Counted from the first letter of the stretch, positions 25,640 to 36,107 are shown. The stretch: DNA of 64,000 bases from an uncultured Myxococcales bacterium (GCA_965601515.1 CBFCWN010000007.1:4992-68991), one strand, 5' to 3'. A program made the numbers and translations. Notes: generated from the sequence alone by a model not told the origin.

Positions 25640-26575
25640 GTGAAGTCCACGAACCGCTTCGCCATCGCGGCGACCACGCTTCTCGGTTACACCGTAGCCG
25701 TCGTGCTCTGGGGCGCGTTCGTGCGGGCGTCGCTGTCAGGGGATGGCTGCGGCGACCATTGGCCGCTCTGTAACGGTGTCGCGCTCCCCGTCGAGCCGAC
25801 CACGAAGACCATCATCGAGCTCACGCATCGGGTCACATCGGGCCTGTGCTGGATCGGCACGTTGGTCCTGTTCGTGTGGGCTCGTCGCGGATTCCCGCGG
25901 GGACACGCGACTCGAAGCGCTGCCGGATGGAGCCTTTTCTTCATGACCACCGAAGCGCTGGTCGGCGCCGGTCTCGTGCTGTTCCGCATGGTCGCGTCGA
26001 ACCCGTCAACGGCGCGGGCAGCATGGATGAGCGCGCATCTCATCAACACGTTCCTATTGCTGGCCGCCCTTACGTGGATGGCGGCCAGCGCTTGGAAGCC
26101 CGAGGGCGTCCGCTTCGCCGGCAGCACGTGGTCACGCCGAGCCTTTGGGGTCGCCGCGATCGCGGTGCTCTTCGTCGGCGTGAGCGGCGCGGTCGCTGCG
26201 CTTGGCGACACGCTCTTTCCCGCATCCAGCCTGGCCGAGGGGATACGTGAGGATTTCTCGCCGACCTCTCACGTCTTTCTACGCCTGCGCATTTGGCATC
26301 CGGTGATCGCCGTTCTGGGCTCCGGATACTTGCTTTGGTTGGCCAGCGCGCTGATGGCACAGCATGACGGTGTGCGACTGCGACGCCTCGGATTAACCCT
26401 TGGCTCGCTCGTGCTTCTTCAAATCGGCGTTGGTTTACTCAATGTTTGGTTGCTCGCGCCCGTGTGGATGCAGCTCTTCCACCTTCTGATGGCGGACGCG
26501 ACCTGGATCGTTCTGGTACTGCTCGCACTTTCCTCACCGCCTCGCAGCTCCGATGTTACCCTAGCGGCGTCGTGA
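25640..26575 (+). CDS. ctaA: Haem A synthase (COX15/CtaA family)
   Basis: The start is GTG. It is a polytopic protein with ...FVRASLSGDGCGDHWPLCNG... and paired His-containing helices (ELTHRVTSG, SAHLINTF, RIWHPVIAV). Confidence 0.88.
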   Translation: MKSTNRFAIAATTLLGYTVAVVLWGAFVRASLSGDGCGDHWPLCNGVALPVEPTTKTIIELTHRVTSGLCWIGTLVLFVWARRGFPRGHATRSAAGWSLFFMTTEALVGAGLVLFRMVASNPSTARAAWMSAHLINTFLLLAALTWMAASAWKPEGVRFAGSTWSRRAFGVAAIAVLFVGVSGAVAALGDTLFPASSLAEGIREDFSPTSHVFLRLRIWHPVIAVLGSGYLLWLASALMAQHDGVRLRRLGLTLGSLVLLQIGVGLLNVWLLAPVWMQLFHLLMADATWIVLVLLALSSPPRSSDVTLAAS

Positions 26576-27636
26576 GCGACCCGTACCTCGGCAAAGAAGT
26601 AGCCGGCCAATTCCGAATCGTCGAGAAGATCGGCAAGGGCGGGATGGGCGCCGTTTACAAGGCCGAGCAGCCCGACATGAATCGCTACGTCGCGATCAAG
26701 ATCCTCCACTCCCGTTATCTCTCGCGCAGCGATTTGGTGTCTCGGTTTCGGCGTGAGGCCCGAGCGATGAGTCAGCTCTCGCATCCCAACACGGCGCGGG
26801 TCTTTCTCTACGGTCAGCTGGAGGACGGCGCTTGCTACTTCGTCATGGAGCACCTGGTCGGGCAGAACCTCTCGCAAATCGTCCGCGCCAAAGGCCGCAT
26901 GGATCCGACACGTGCGATTCGGATCATGATTCAGGTCTGCGGCGCGCTCGAGGAAGCGCACCAAGCGGGTATCGTGCATCGTGACCTCAAGCCCGAGAAC
27001 ATCTTCATCACGACGCAGGGCGGCATCCGAGACTTCCCGAAGGTGCTCGACTTCGGGCTCGCCAAGGTGACCGAGCGTCAGATGCGGCCCGGCTCCATGG
27101 TGCTGACTCAGCAGGGGATGGTGTTCGGTACGCCCGAGTTCATGAGTCCCGAGCAGGCGCACGGAAAAACGCTAGACGCGCGCTCCGACATCTACTCCCT
27201 CGGTGTGATTCTCTACGAGCTGCTGACCGGGAAGCTTCCTTTCGATGCCAAGCAGCCGATCGAATACATCCAGCTGCACGTCAACGCACCTCCGATCCCA
27301 CTCTCCGAACGGTGCCCGGAGGCCGATTTTCCAGACGGTCTCGAGGAAGTCGTGATGGCTGCCCTCGCGAAAAAGCCAGAAGAGCGCTACACGAGCGCCG
27401 CCGCGTTTGCGGCCGCTCTCGAATCCGTGCTTCAGGTCGATGCGGGGGAGGGCGGGTCGATCACGCTCCCGACGCCTGTCCCCGCGGCCCCGGCGCCTCA
27501 GCCGGCGCCACCCATCCAGCAGGCTGTACAGGTGCCGGCCGCCTCCAAGGCACCCTGGATCGTTCTTGGCATCAGCGTCGTGCTTGCTGTGGCCGGCGTT
27601 CTGGCGCTTTTGGCGGCCTACAGCGCGGGCTCTTGA
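26572..27636 (+). CDS. Hanks-type Ser/Thr protein kinase with a C-terminal transmembrane tail anchor
   Basis: A GTG start overlaps the ctaA stop (GTGA). Kinase motifs present are GKGGMGAVYKA, VAIK, HRDLKPEN, DFGLA and SPEQ. The tail is a Pro/Ala linker followed by APWIVLGISVVLAVAGVLALLAAYSAGS. Confidence 0.9.
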   Translation: MSDPYLGKEVAGQFRIVEKIGKGGMGAVYKAEQPDMNRYVAIKILHSRYLSRSDLVSRFRREARAMSQLSHPNTARVFLYGQLEDGACYFVMEHLVGQNLSQIVRAKGRMDPTRAIRIMIQVCGALEEAHQAGIVHRDLKPENIFITTQGGIRDFPKVLDFGLAKVTERQMRPGSMVLTQQGMVFGTPEFMSPEQAHGKTLDARSDIYSLGVILYELLTGKLPFDAKQPIEYIQLHVNAPPIPLSERCPEADFPDGLEEVVMAALAKKPEERYTSAAAFAAALESVLQVDAGEGGSITLPTPVPAAPAPQPAPPIQQAVQVPAASKAPWIVLGISVVLAVAGVLALLAAYSAGS

Positions 27637-27727
27637 CCCCTGCGGGCGGTGCTCCTACGCCTTCCGTTCCGGGACCTTGACCGTGTTTGGTGAGGGCGTC
27701 ACAGTGGCGCCGCTTCCGGCGGAACCG

Positions 27728-28609
27728 ATGACCACAGCTACTCGACCAGCGACCATGATGCTGACCGTCCGCGACCTCGTCGCGCTGACGAAGCCCCGCA
27801 TCACGATGATGGTCCTCGTCACGGCTGCCGGCGGGATGTGGCTTGCGCCAGGGTCGCTCGACCTCGGCTCGGTCCTGGTCATGCTCCTGACGACGGGCAT
27901 GGTGGTAGGCGCGGCGAACACGCTCAACTGCTACCTCGAGCGGGATAGCGACCGGCTGATGCCTCGCACCGCGAAGCGCCCGTTGCCAGACCGTCGACTT
28001 GCGCCGTCTTGGGCACTGACCCTTGGAATCGCGATGGGGCTCTTTGCGGTACCGACCTTGACGCTCGCGGTGAACCCCACGACCGGGCTGCTTGGCGCGA
28101 TCGCGCTCGTGAGCTACGTGGCGATCTACACGCCCATGAAGCAGTACACCCCGGCGGCGCTGTTCGTCGGCGCGCTCCCCGGGGCCCTTCCGCCACTGAT
28201 GGGCTGGACCGCCGTGACCGGTAGCGTCGCAGCTCCCGGCCTGGTGCTCTTCGGCATTCTCTTCTTTTGGCAGATCCCCCATTTCATCGCGATCTCCGTC
28301 TTCCGGCAGGAAGAGTACGAGCGCGCCGGCCTGAAGGTGCTGCCGTCGGTGCGCGGCATCCGGACCGCGAAGGTGCAGGCCACGATTTACGCTGGCGCGC
28401 TCTGGGCCGTTTCTCTTCTGCTCGTCCCATACGGTCTGGCAGGCATGATCTACCTCGGGGCCGCTGTGCTGCTCGGGGGGTACTTCTTCTGGGCCGCCGT
28501 TCGCGGCTTCTGGGTCGAGGACTCCGACGCGTGGGCCATGAAGCTCTTCGTCGCGTCCCTGATCTATCTGACCGCGCTCTTCGCGGCACTGATCATCGAT
28601 GCGCTCTAA
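27728..28609 (+). CDS. ctaB: Protohaem IX farnesyltransferase (haem O synthase)
   Basis: The sequence carries LTKPRITMMVLVTAAGG...NCYLERDSDRLMPRTAKRPLP...WQIPHFIAIS. The start is ATG 27728; upstream in-frame GTG alternatives exist. Confidence 0.92.
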   Translation: MTTATRPATMMLTVRDLVALTKPRITMMVLVTAAGGMWLAPGSLDLGSVLVMLLTTGMVVGAANTLNCYLERDSDRLMPRTAKRPLPDRRLAPSWALTLGIAMGLFAVPTLTLAVNPTTGLLGAIALVSYVAIYTPMKQYTPAALFVGALPGALPPLMGWTAVTGSVAAPGLVLFGILFFWQIPHFIAISVFRQEEYERAGLKVLPSVRGIRTAKVQATIYAGALWAVSLLLVPYGLAGMIYLGAAVLLGGYFFWAAVRGFWVEDSDAWAMKLFVASLIYLTALFAALIIDAL

Positions 28610-29189
28610 GTCGCTCCTTCTCGCAGTCCTCGTCGCTTTGTCCCTCTCGGCATGCACCAAGAGGAAGGCCGAGGACGTTCCCGTGCTGACCACGCTCCCC
28701 GAGTTCGCCCTCGTGGACCAAGACGAGCAGGCGTTCACGCTCGACACCATGAAGGGTGACATCTGGGTCTCGGCCTTCGTGTTCACGCACTGCAACTCCA
28801 CGTGCCCCCGACTTACGGCCCACATGAAAGGCCTCCAAACACGTCTTTCCGACGTGCCGAGCGCCAACTTCGTGTCCGTGAGCGTCGACCCGCGCAACGA
28901 CACCCCCGAGGTGATCAAGGCGTACATGTCGAAGAACGAGATCGATGAGAGCAACTGGCGTTTCGTCACCGGTGAGGAAGACTCGATTCGTCGCGTCGTC
29001 GTCGACGGTTTCAAGGTCGGCATGGGGGACGAAGAGAGCGTGGCCCAGGGGGGTGATGACATCATGCACAGCAACGCGTTCGTGCTGGTCGACACCGACG
29101 CCCGTGTCCGGGGGTACTACCGCGCCAACAACGATGGGATCGCCGATCTAGAGCGGGATCTCAGAGCGATCGCCGCCGGTCCCGAGTAG
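28599..29189 (+). CDS. SCO1/SenC copper chaperone (lipoprotein)
   Basis: The lipobox is LSLSAC. The thioredoxin-fold motif is FVFTHCNSTCP. It also carries ...SVDPRNDTPEVIKAY...HSNAFVLVD. It overlaps ctaB by 11 nt. Confidence 0.9.
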   Translation: MRSKSLLLAVLVALSLSACTKRKAEDVPVLTTLPEFALVDQDEQAFTLDTMKGDIWVSAFVFTHCNSTCPRLTAHMKGLQTRLSDVPSANFVSVSVDPRNDTPEVIKAYMSKNEIDESNWRFVTGEEDSIRRVVVDGFKVGMGDEESVAQGGDDIMHSNAFVLVDTDARVRGYYRANNDGIADLERDLRAIAAGPE

Positions 29190-29226
29190 CGTTGATGCGC
29201 TCGGGCTTCGGTGTTAAGCGCACCGC

Positions 29227-30435
29227 ATGAGTGAGAGCATCCCAGTTGCCGAGCGGCTCAGCGTCGTCAAACCCTCTGCCACCGTTGCCGTCGCCCAGCG
29301 TGCGCGCGAGCTCAAGGCCGAGGGCATCGATGTGCTTTCCTTCAGCGTTGGGGAGCCGGACTTCGACACGCCCGAGCACATTCGCGAAGCGGCGAAGCAG
29401 GCGATCGACTCGGGACAGACCCGATACACAGCCGCGCGCGGCGTCGTGCCCCTGCGCGAGGCGATTTGCGAGGCGTCTGCCAAGCGACGTCCCGGTGTCA
29501 CCTACACGCCGGCCGAGTGCATGGTGTCGGTAGGCGCGAAGCACACGCTCTTCAATCTCGCGCTTGCGCTCTACAATCCCGGCGACGAAGTGATCATCCC
29601 CGCACCGTACTGGGTGAGCTACCCGGAGCAGGTTCGCCTCGCCGGCGCCAACCCGATCATCGTTCAGACCACCGAGGACGACGGCTTTCGCATGACCCCG
29701 GAAGTGCTCCGCGAGACGATCACGCCGAAGACCAAAGCATTGCTCCTGTGCTCGCCCTCGAATCCGACCGGTGCGGCGTACAGCGGCGAGCAGCTTTGCG
29801 AACTTGCGGACGTGGCCGGTGAGCACGATCTCTGGATCATCGTCGACGAGATCTACGGTCAGCTCGTGTACGGCGGCTTCGAACAGAAATCGATCGTAGA
29901 CGTAGCGCCAGAGCTTCGCGACAAGATCATCATCGTCGACGGTGTCAGCAAGACGTTTGCCATGACCGGATGGCGTATCGGTTGGATGCTCGGTCCGGAG
30001 TACGTCACCAAGGCCTGCGAGAAGATTCAGGGCCAGGCGACCACCAATCCAAGCTCCGTAGCGCAGCAGGCAGCGATTGCGGCTCTCACGGGCCCCTGGG
30101 CGCCGATGGAAACGATGCGGTTGGCGTTCGAAGAGCGCCGCAGCATCATCGTCGACGGCTTGAACGCCATCGACGGCATCAGCTGTCGCCTGCCCGAGGG
30201 CGCATTCTACGCGTACCCGAACGTCCAGGGGCTTCTTGGCAAGGAGGGCGGCGGCAAGGTGCTCGAGACCGACCTCGATTTGGCCGGCTACCTCCTCGAG
30301 GAGGCGCGTTGCGCGGTCGTTCCGGGGACGGCATTCGGTTCCCCCGGCTTCGTCCGCATGTCGTACGCCGCCGCGAACGACATGATTCGCGAAGGCCTCA
30401 ACCGGATCGGCGAGGCGGTTTCGAAGCTCAGCTAG
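29227..30435 (+). CDS. Class I PLP aminotransferase (aspartate aminotransferase type)
   Basis: The sequence carries GEPDFDTPEHIREAA...YTAARGVVPLREAI...CSPSNPTGAAY...VSKTFAMTGWRIGW, which includes the PLP lysine. Confidence 0.9.
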   Translation: MSESIPVAERLSVVKPSATVAVAQRARELKAEGIDVLSFSVGEPDFDTPEHIREAAKQAIDSGQTRYTAARGVVPLREAICEASAKRRPGVTYTPAECMVSVGAKHTLFNLALALYNPGDEVIIPAPYWVSYPEQVRLAGANPIIVQTTEDDGFRMTPEVLRETITPKTKALLLCSPSNPTGAAYSGEQLCELADVAGEHDLWIIVDEIYGQLVYGGFEQKSIVDVAPELRDKIIIVDGVSKTFAMTGWRIGWMLGPEYVTKACEKIQGQATTNPSSVAQQAAIAALTGPWAPMETMRLAFEERRSIIVDGLNAIDGISCRLPEGAFYAYPNVQGLLGKEGGGKVLETDLDLAGYLLEEARCAVVPGTAFGSPGFVRMSYAAANDMIREGLNRIGEAVSKLS

Positions 30436-31480
30436 GCGCGCGAGCGCTTCGCTCCCGTGCCGCCACGATGCTGGTGCGCGCCAGCAGTGCGACGGCAAGC
30501 ACGGTGAGGATCAGCGCGCTTGGCGTCCTCGGTCCGTATCCGGCGCTCAGGAGGAGCATGAGGGCGGCGCCAAGCTGACGCCGGGAAGAGTCTTTCGACA
30601 GAATCGCCGCAACGGTCACCGCCCAGCCGATGCCGAGCGGGATCGCGTAGAGAATCGCGACGCGCTCGGGCAGAAGGTCGAGCTTCAATGCCCCGTAGAG
30701 CAGAGTCGACAACTCGGGGCCGACGGTTTTGCTCAGCAGCGCGAACTCGACGGTGACGATCGCGGCCGTAACTGCGGAAAGGGCGAGCGCGACTTTGCCC
30801 CGAAGCGTGCCCCAAGGAATCCGAAGAAAGAACGCGGCCACGATCGGTACCGCCAGATACGCGAGCTCACCCGACCAATGAAACGCGTTGGCGAGCCGTG
30901 CAGTCTGTGGCCAGAAAAATCGCTCACCGATCAGCGTGGTGCTCATCGCAGCGAGCCCGCTCAGGGATGCCACCAGCGTGAGAATCATGGTGGCGATCAG
31001 TGCCGGGGCGGAGCGCCAGTGAAGACCTGCCAAGACGAGAAGCACGATGACGGCGTGGGAGAGCGCAGCCACGACCAGCACGAGCTCTTTGCGAGTCAGG
31101 GCCATGGGAAGGATCGTCATCAGCGTGACGATCGGGATCAGTACCCAGCCGAAGCCAGCCAGGCTTGCTCGCGCAGACATCGGAAGGCCGCTCTGCCGCG
31201 ATGCGAGTGACCCGAGGGCGAAACCGAGCGCGACGAGACCCGCGACGACGCTGAGGTTGAGCGCGAACCGACCGGTGTCGGACATGTGTCGAAGGGTGTC
31301 GACGGACCAGCTCGAGTGGCCGAGCTTGATCAGGAAACCGTTGAGCGTCAGGTCGGCCACCGCGGCCACCGCGGCCATCCAGGCGAGCGGAGGAACGGCG
31401 GTCAACCGATTCATCGGGGCTGCTGGGGCGTGCGCGACCGAGGTCATGGATGGAAGCGCTGAATCAATACCGTCGGTCAA
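30428..31480 (-). CDS. Polytopic integral membrane protein, function unknown
   Basis: The 350-aa ORF has about 9-10 hydrophobic segments and high GC3. I recognised no family motif. The start is uncertain. Its 3' end overlaps the convergent aminotransferase gene by 8 nt. Confidence 0.6.
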   Translation of the reverse strand: MTDGIDSALPSMTSVAHAPAAPMNRLTAVPPLAWMAAVAAVADLTLNGFLIKLGHSSWSVDTLRHMSDTGRFALNLSVVAGLVALGFALGSLASRQSGLPMSARASLAGFGWVLIPIVTLMTILPMALTRKELVLVVAALSHAVIVLLVLAGLHWRSAPALIATMILTLVASLSGLAAMSTTLIGERFFWPQTARLANAFHWSGELAYLAVPIVAAFFLRIPWGTLRGKVALALSAVTAAIVTVEFALLSKTVGPELSTLLYGALKLDLLPERVAILYAIPLGIGWAVTVAAILSKDSSRRQLGAALMLLLSAGYGPRTPSALILTVLAVALLARTSIVAARERSARAPS

Positions 31481-31540
31481 GGTGCCCGGACCCTACGCGC
31501 CGATTCTAGCGCTTTCAAGGCACTCTGCTAAACCACAGGC

Positions 31541-32527
31541 GTGACCGTCGCTCGCCAGGATTGGACCCTCCACGAAGCACGCGCGCTTCACGACCTTCCC
31601 TTGACCGACCTGCTGTTCCGGGCGCAGGAGGTGCATCGCGCCACGCAGCCGCGAGACTCCGTCCAGCTCTGCTCGCTGCTCTCGATCAAGACGGGCGCAT
31701 GCCAGGAAGACTGCGCGTACTGCCCGCAGTCTTCGAAGTACGACACCGGAGTCGACGCCGAGCGCCTGATGGACGTCGAAGACGTCCTTCGGAAAGCGCG
31801 CGAGGCCAGAGACGCTGGAGCGAGCCGATTTTGCATGGGCGCGGCATGGCGAAGCCCGAAAAAGGGGAGCCGACAGTTCGAGCAGGTTCTCGAGATGGTC
31901 CGTGGGGTACGCGAGCTCGGCATGGAAGCCTGCGCAACCCTCGGGATGCTCGACGACGAGCAGACCCAGGACCTCAAGGACGCGGGTCTCACGGCGTACA
32001 ATCACAACCTCGACACGTCGGAGTCCTTCTACGGCGAGATCATCACCACGCGGACGTACACCGATCGGCTCGAAACCATCGCACGTGTTGCCGCCGCCGG
32101 AATTTCGGTCTGTGCTGGCGGAATCATCGGCATGGGTGAGAGCATCGACGATCGCGTGGCGATGCTCGTCACGCTCGCGAATCTGGATCCGCAGCCCGAG
32201 AGCGTTCCGGTCAACGCGCTCGTCGCCGTCGAAGGCACGCCGCTCGCCGATCAGAAGCCGGTCGATTCGCTCGAGCTCGTTCGCATGTGCGCGACGGCGC
32301 GCATCATGATGCCGGGGGCGCGCGTGCGTCTGTCCGCGGGACGCGCCTCGATGAACCGTGAGTCGCAGCTGCTGTGCTTCATGGCGGGCGCCAACAGCAT
32401 CTTCTTCGGAGACAAGCTCCTCACCACCGGGAACCCCGACCACGATGCCGACATGGCGTTGCTTCGCGAGGCGGGGCTGCGACCGCTGGATCCTGAAAAC
32501 GCCGCCCCACCCAGCGCAGCGGAGTAG
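31541..32527 (+). CDS. bioB: Biotin synthase
   Basis: The start is GTG. The radical-SAM motif [11 protein letters not shown] is present. Other matches are ...FCMGAAWR...YNHNLDTS...[11 protein letters not shown]. Confidence 0.95.
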   Translation: MTVARQDWTLHEARALHDLPLTDLLFRAQEVHRATQPRDSVQLCSLLSIKTGACQEDCAYCPQSSKYDTGVDAERLMDVEDVLRKAREARDAGASRFCMGAAWRSPKKGSRQFEQVLEMVRGVRELGMEACATLGMLDDEQTQDLKDAGLTAYNHNLDTSESFYGEIITTRTYTDRLETIARVAAAGISVCAGGIIGMGESIDDRVAMLVTLANLDPQPESVPVNALVAVEGTPLADQKPVDSLELVRMCATARIMMPGARVRLSAGRASMNRESQLLCFMAGANSIFFGDKLLTTGNPDHDADMALLREAGLRPLDPENAAPPSAAE

Positions 32528-32565
32528 GCTTGAGCCCGGAATTGCAGGGCTTTTCTGCTGCCTGT

Positions 32566-32604
32566 TGTTATTGAATTTGATTTGCAACTTCGAGCTGCTA
32601 TGTA
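32566..32604 (+). promoter_or_regulatory. AT-rich Fur-box-like element overlapping a candidate bfd promoter
   Basis: TGTTATTGAATTTGATTTGCAA (32566-32587) stands out against a GC-rich background. By my hand alignment it matches about 11 of 19 positions of GATAATGATAATCATTATC. A possible -35 is TTGATT (32577-32582) and a possible -10 is TATGTA (32599-32604) with a 16-nt spacer. That places the predicted transcription start at or next to the bfd ATG (32611). Confidence 0.4.
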
Positions 32605-32610
32605 GTGGAC

Positions 32611-32811
32611 ATGCTCATTTGCCACTGCCACGCCGTGAACGACCGGACGATTCGCCAGTGCGTCGATGCGGGCGCGCGAAGCGGGAACGAGATTCGCGAA
32701 GCATGCGGAGCAGGTGGGACCTGCGGCGGTTGTCGGCAGCAGATCGATCGTCTGATCGAGCTTCATCACGGTGCTCGCGACGCGATGGAAGCGCGCGCTT
32801 CGCAAGGGTAA
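32611..32811 (+). CDS. bfd: Bacterioferritin-associated ferredoxin, (2Fe-2S) BFD-like
   Basis: The sequence [18 protein letters not shown]...[14 protein letters not shown] carries the four-Cys BFD pattern. The track start (GTG 32605) adds 2 residues. Confidence 0.88.
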   Translation: MLICHCHAVNDRTIRQCVDAGARSGNEIREACGAGGTCGGCRQQIDRLIELHHGARDAMEARASQG

Positions 32812-32902
32812 AGCGCACCATCTGATAACGCCTTTCAACTTCAAACTTAGTTCGTTGCGATGCGTTGGTCGCATCCTTATGCTCGCTCGGTAAGGAACCG
32901 AC

Positions 32903-33376
32903 ATGAAGGGCAACGACGAAGTCATCAACCTGCTCAACGAGGTGCTCACCTCGGAGCTCACCGCGATCAACCAGTACTTCATCCACTCGAAGATGTGCCA
33001 GGACTGGGGGTTCGCGCGTCTCGCCGCAAAGAAGCGCGAGGAATCCATCGAAGAGATGAAGCACGCAGACGCGGTGATCGAACGTATTCTGTATCTCGAA
33101 GGCGTTCCCAACATGCAGCGCTACTTCCCGGTCAAGGTCGGCGAAGACGCCATCGAGCAGCACCGACTGGACCTCGAAGTCGAGTACGACGCGGTGAAGC
33201 GTCTCAACGACGGCATCGCGCTTTGCCGTGACAAGGGCGACAACGGCAGCCGCGAGCTGCTCGAGGGGATCCTGCTTCAGGAGGAAGAGGGAATCGACTG
33301 GCTGGAGGCGCAGCTTCACCTCGTCGAGGTTCTCGGCGCCGAGCGGTATCTCTCCGAGCAGATCGGCGGCAACTAG
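32903..33376 (+). CDS. bfr: Bacterioferritin
   Basis: The sequence is [37 protein letters not shown]...[22 protein letters not shown]... Confidence 0.96.
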   Translation: MKGNDEVINLLNEVLTSELTAINQYFIHSKMCQDWGFARLAAKKREESIEEMKHADAVIERILYLEGVPNMQRYFPVKVGEDAIEQHRLDLEVEYDAVKRLNDGIALCRDKGDNGSRELLEGILLQEEEGIDWLEAQLHLVEVLGAERYLSEQIGGN

Positions 33377-33378
33377 CG

Positions 33379-33397
33379 CCCCCGTAGTTGGGGGTTT
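33379..33397 (+). terminator. Candidate intrinsic terminator after bfr
   Basis: CCCCC-gtagtt-GGGGG followed by TTT starts 3 nt after the bfr stop. The stem is short (5 bp) and the U-tract is short. Confidence 0.4.
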
Positions 33398-33433
33398 CGC
33401 CACTCTCCCGGATCGCTGCTACACCACGCTTCG

Positions 33434-35083
33434 ATGGAAGCGCATCCGCTTGCTGGGCACCCCGCGCCTCCCGAAGTGCTCGTCGATGTCGACGCGCTTC
33501 TGGGGGCATACTTCGATGACACTCCAGATCCGGACGAAGCGTCACAGCGGGTCAGCTTTGGGACCTCGGGCCACCGCGGGTCGTCCCTTCGTCGGAGTTT
33601 CAACGAGGCACACATCCTCGCGACGACTCAGGCGATCTGCGACTACCGAAAGGCCGAGGGAATCACGGGTCCTTTGTTCCTCGGAATCGACACCCACGCA
33701 TTGTCGGCTCCGGCGGCGAAGACGGCCCTCGAGGTCTTGGCCGCGAACGACGTCGTGACCTGCATCGCGTCGGATGGGCACTACACGCCGACGCCCGCGG
33801 TGTCGTTCGCGATCCTCGAGCACAATCGCTCGAGCGAGCATGACGCGGACGGCATCGTCGTGACGCCGTCACACAACCCGCCCGAAGACGGTGGCTTCAA
33901 GTACAACCCACCGAACGGCGGTCCGGCGGATACCGAAGTCACGTCTTGGATCCAAGACCGCGCGAACCGACTTCTCGCGTCCGGCTTGAGAGAGGTCAAG
34001 CGAGTGTCGTACGAAGCCGCGCGGAAGGCCGACACCACTCACGTTCACGACTTCGTCACGCCCTACGTCGATGCGCTCGAAACCATCGTCGACGTGAAGC
34101 GAATCGCCGAGGAGGGGCTTCGCATTGGCGTCGACCCGATGGGCGGATCGGGGATCGCCTACTGGCCTCGTATCGCGTCGAAGTACGGCCTGAAGCTCGA
34201 AATCGTCAACGACTCCATCGATCCCAGGTTCGCGTTCATGACGCTGGATCGCGACGGCAAGATCCGCATGGACTGTTCGTCTCCGTACGCCATGGCTCGG
34301 CTGGTCGACCTTCGCAATCACTACGATATCGCATTCGGCAACGACACTGACTTCGATCGGCATGGCATCGTCACTCCGAGCTGGGGCCTTCTGAACCCGA
34401 ATCACTATTTGAGCGTTGCGATCAACTACCTGTTCACCAACCGAGGCTGGGACGAACGCGCCGCAGTGGGAAAGACCCTCGTCAGCAGCGCGATGATCGA
34501 CCGAGTTGCAAAAGACATGCACCGTCGCCTTGCCGAAGTCCCCGTCGGTTTCAAGTGGTTCGTCCGCGGACTCCTCGACGGGTCGTACGGGTTCGGCGGA
34601 GAGGAAAGTGCCGGCGCCTCGTTCCTCCGCAAGAACGGCACCGTCTGGACGACGGACAAAGACGGTATCGTGATGAACCTCCTTGCCGCCGAGATCACCG
34701 CCGCGACCGGCAAGGATCCGGGCGAGAATTACCAGCTGCTGACGCAGCGGTTCGGTGCGCCGGTGTATGAGCGGATCGACGCTCCCGCGACGCCGGCTCA
34801 AAAGGCCGCCCTGAAGTCCATGAGCGAATCCGACCTCGATGCGTCCGACCTTGCCGGCGAGCCCATTCAGCAAGTGCTGACGCGAGCGCCCGAAAACGAC
34901 GCCCCCATCGGCGGGCTCAAGGTCACCACGGAGAACGGCTGGTTCGCTGCACGCCCGTCGGGCACGGAAGACGTCTACAAAATCTACGCGGAGAGCTTCA
35001 CCGGTCGAGAGCATCTCGCTGCGATTCAGAAAGAGGCTCAAGAGCTGATCGGCCGCGTGTTCGACAAGGGTCCCGAATGCTAG
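33434..35083 (+). CDS. pgm: Phosphoglucomutase (alpha-D-glucose-phosphate specific)
   Basis: The active-site Ser region is [14 protein letters not shown]. Other matches are ...[19 protein letters not shown]..., ...GVDPMGGSG... and ...[10 protein letters not shown]. Confidence 0.94.
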   Translation: MEAHPLAGHPAPPEVLVDVDALLGAYFDDTPDPDEASQRVSFGTSGHRGSSLRRSFNEAHILATTQAICDYRKAEGITGPLFLGIDTHALSAPAAKTALEVLAANDVVTCIASDGHYTPTPAVSFAILEHNRSSEHDADGIVVTPSHNPPEDGGFKYNPPNGGPADTEVTSWIQDRANRLLASGLREVKRVSYEAARKADTTHVHDFVTPYVDALETIVDVKRIAEEGLRIGVDPMGGSGIAYWPRIASKYGLKLEIVNDSIDPRFAFMTLDRDGKIRMDCSSPYAMARLVDLRNHYDIAFGNDTDFDRHGIVTPSWGLLNPNHYLSVAINYLFTNRGWDERAAVGKTLVSSAMIDRVAKDMHRRLAEVPVGFKWFVRGLLDGSYGFGGEESAGASFLRKNGTVWTTDKDGIVMNLLAAEITAATGKDPGENYQLLTQRFGAPVYERIDAPATPAQKAALKSMSESDLDASDLAGEPIQQVLTRAPENDAPIGGLKVTTENGWFAARPSGTEDVYKIYAESFTGREHLAAIQKEAQELIGRVFDKGPEC

Positions 35084-36057
35084 CTCTCGTCACCGGGGGC
35101 GGTGGACGACTTGGAAACGTCTTGGTTCGGACCCTGCTCGACAAAGGCGGGCGAGTTCGCGTTCTCGAGCCCGGAGCCCCGCACGAATCGCTTCACGGTC
35201 TCGACGTCGACTTCAGGTCGGGTTCGGTTCTCGAACCCGGCGACGTGTCAGCCGCCGCGGACGGCGTCGACGTCGTGTACCACCTCGCGGCCAAGATCGA
35301 TCTCAACCCGAAGAAAGATCCGATGCTGTTCCCGATCAACGTCGAGGGAACGCGGATGGTGGTCGACACCTGTTTGACCCGGGGCCTTCGTTTGGTCCAC
35401 ACGAGCTCACACCATGCCATCGAGCGGGAACCGCTCGATCAGCCGCTCACCGAAGAGCGGCCACTCGCGCTGAACGAGAAGTGCGATTACCACCGGTCCA
35501 AAGCGATCGGCGAGACGATCGTTCTCGATGCCTGCAGACGCGGGCTCGACGCGTGCATCGTGAGTCCCGGTTCGATGATCGGGCCGTACGACTACGAGCC
35601 ATCGCTCATCGGGAAGGCCCTGATCGACATGTATTTCGGGCGCGTGCCGGTGCTGCTCGATCTGCTGAGCGACTACGTCGACGTGCGAGACGTCTCCGAA
35701 GGAATGGTCGCCGCGGCGGAAAAGGGAAGGGTAGGGGAGCGCTACCTTCTCACGGGTGACGTCGTTCCCATCCTCGACATGGTCTCACTCTACGGTGAGC
35801 TCACCGGTGCGAAGGTTCCAACACGCGCGCTTCCGCTTCGGTTTGGCTGGGCGCTGCTGCCGTTTGCACTCGCGGGAAGTGTGGTGACCAAGCAGGACCC
35901 GTTCATTACCGCCGACATGCTTCGCGCAAGCGTCTCCAACGCGGTCGTTTCCCGTGACAAAGCGGAGCGCGAGCTCGGCTACACCATCCGCCCGCTTCGA
36001 GACTCGCTGTCGGACGCAGTCGAGTGGTACCGCGAGCGCGGCTGGCTGAACGCCTGA
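35077..36057 (+). CDS. Extended SDR, NAD-dependent epimerase/dehydratase/reductase family
   Basis: The sequence reads [21 protein letters not shown]..., with the catalytic YHRSK. It is 326 aa. The start overlaps the pgm stop by 7 nt. Confidence 0.85.
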   Translation: MLALVTGGGGRLGNVLVRTLLDKGGRVRVLEPGAPHESLHGLDVDFRSGSVLEPGDVSAAADGVDVVYHLAAKIDLNPKKDPMLFPINVEGTRMVVDTCLTRGLRLVHTSSHHAIEREPLDQPLTEERPLALNEKCDYHRSKAIGETIVLDACRRGLDACIVSPGSMIGPYDYEPSLIGKALIDMYFGRVPVLLDLLSDYVDVRDVSEGMVAAAEKGRVGERYLLTGDVVPILDMVSLYGELTGAKVPTRALPLRFGWALLPFALAGSVVTKQDPFITADMLRASVSNAVVSRDKAERELGYTIRPLRDSLSDAVEWYRERGWLNA

Positions 36058-36107
36058 GCTGGGCGTGTCGCGATTGACGGCATCGCCGTGCTACACATAG
36101 AGCAACC

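Noticed and set aside
27572-29095. 507-aa minus-strand ORF
   Set aside because: It is antisense to ctaB and sco1, both of which have unmistakable family motifs. It is a high-GC artefact.
29161-30498. 445-aa minus-strand ORF
   Set aside because: It is antisense to the class I aminotransferase gene, which has an intact SKTFAMTGWRIG PLP site.
31481-31540. Possible BirA/bio operator upstream of bioB (TGCTAAACC resembles half of the TGTAAACC-type site)
   Set aside because: There is no inverted partner (GGTTTA...) within 40 nt on either side. A single half-site match is not meaningful.
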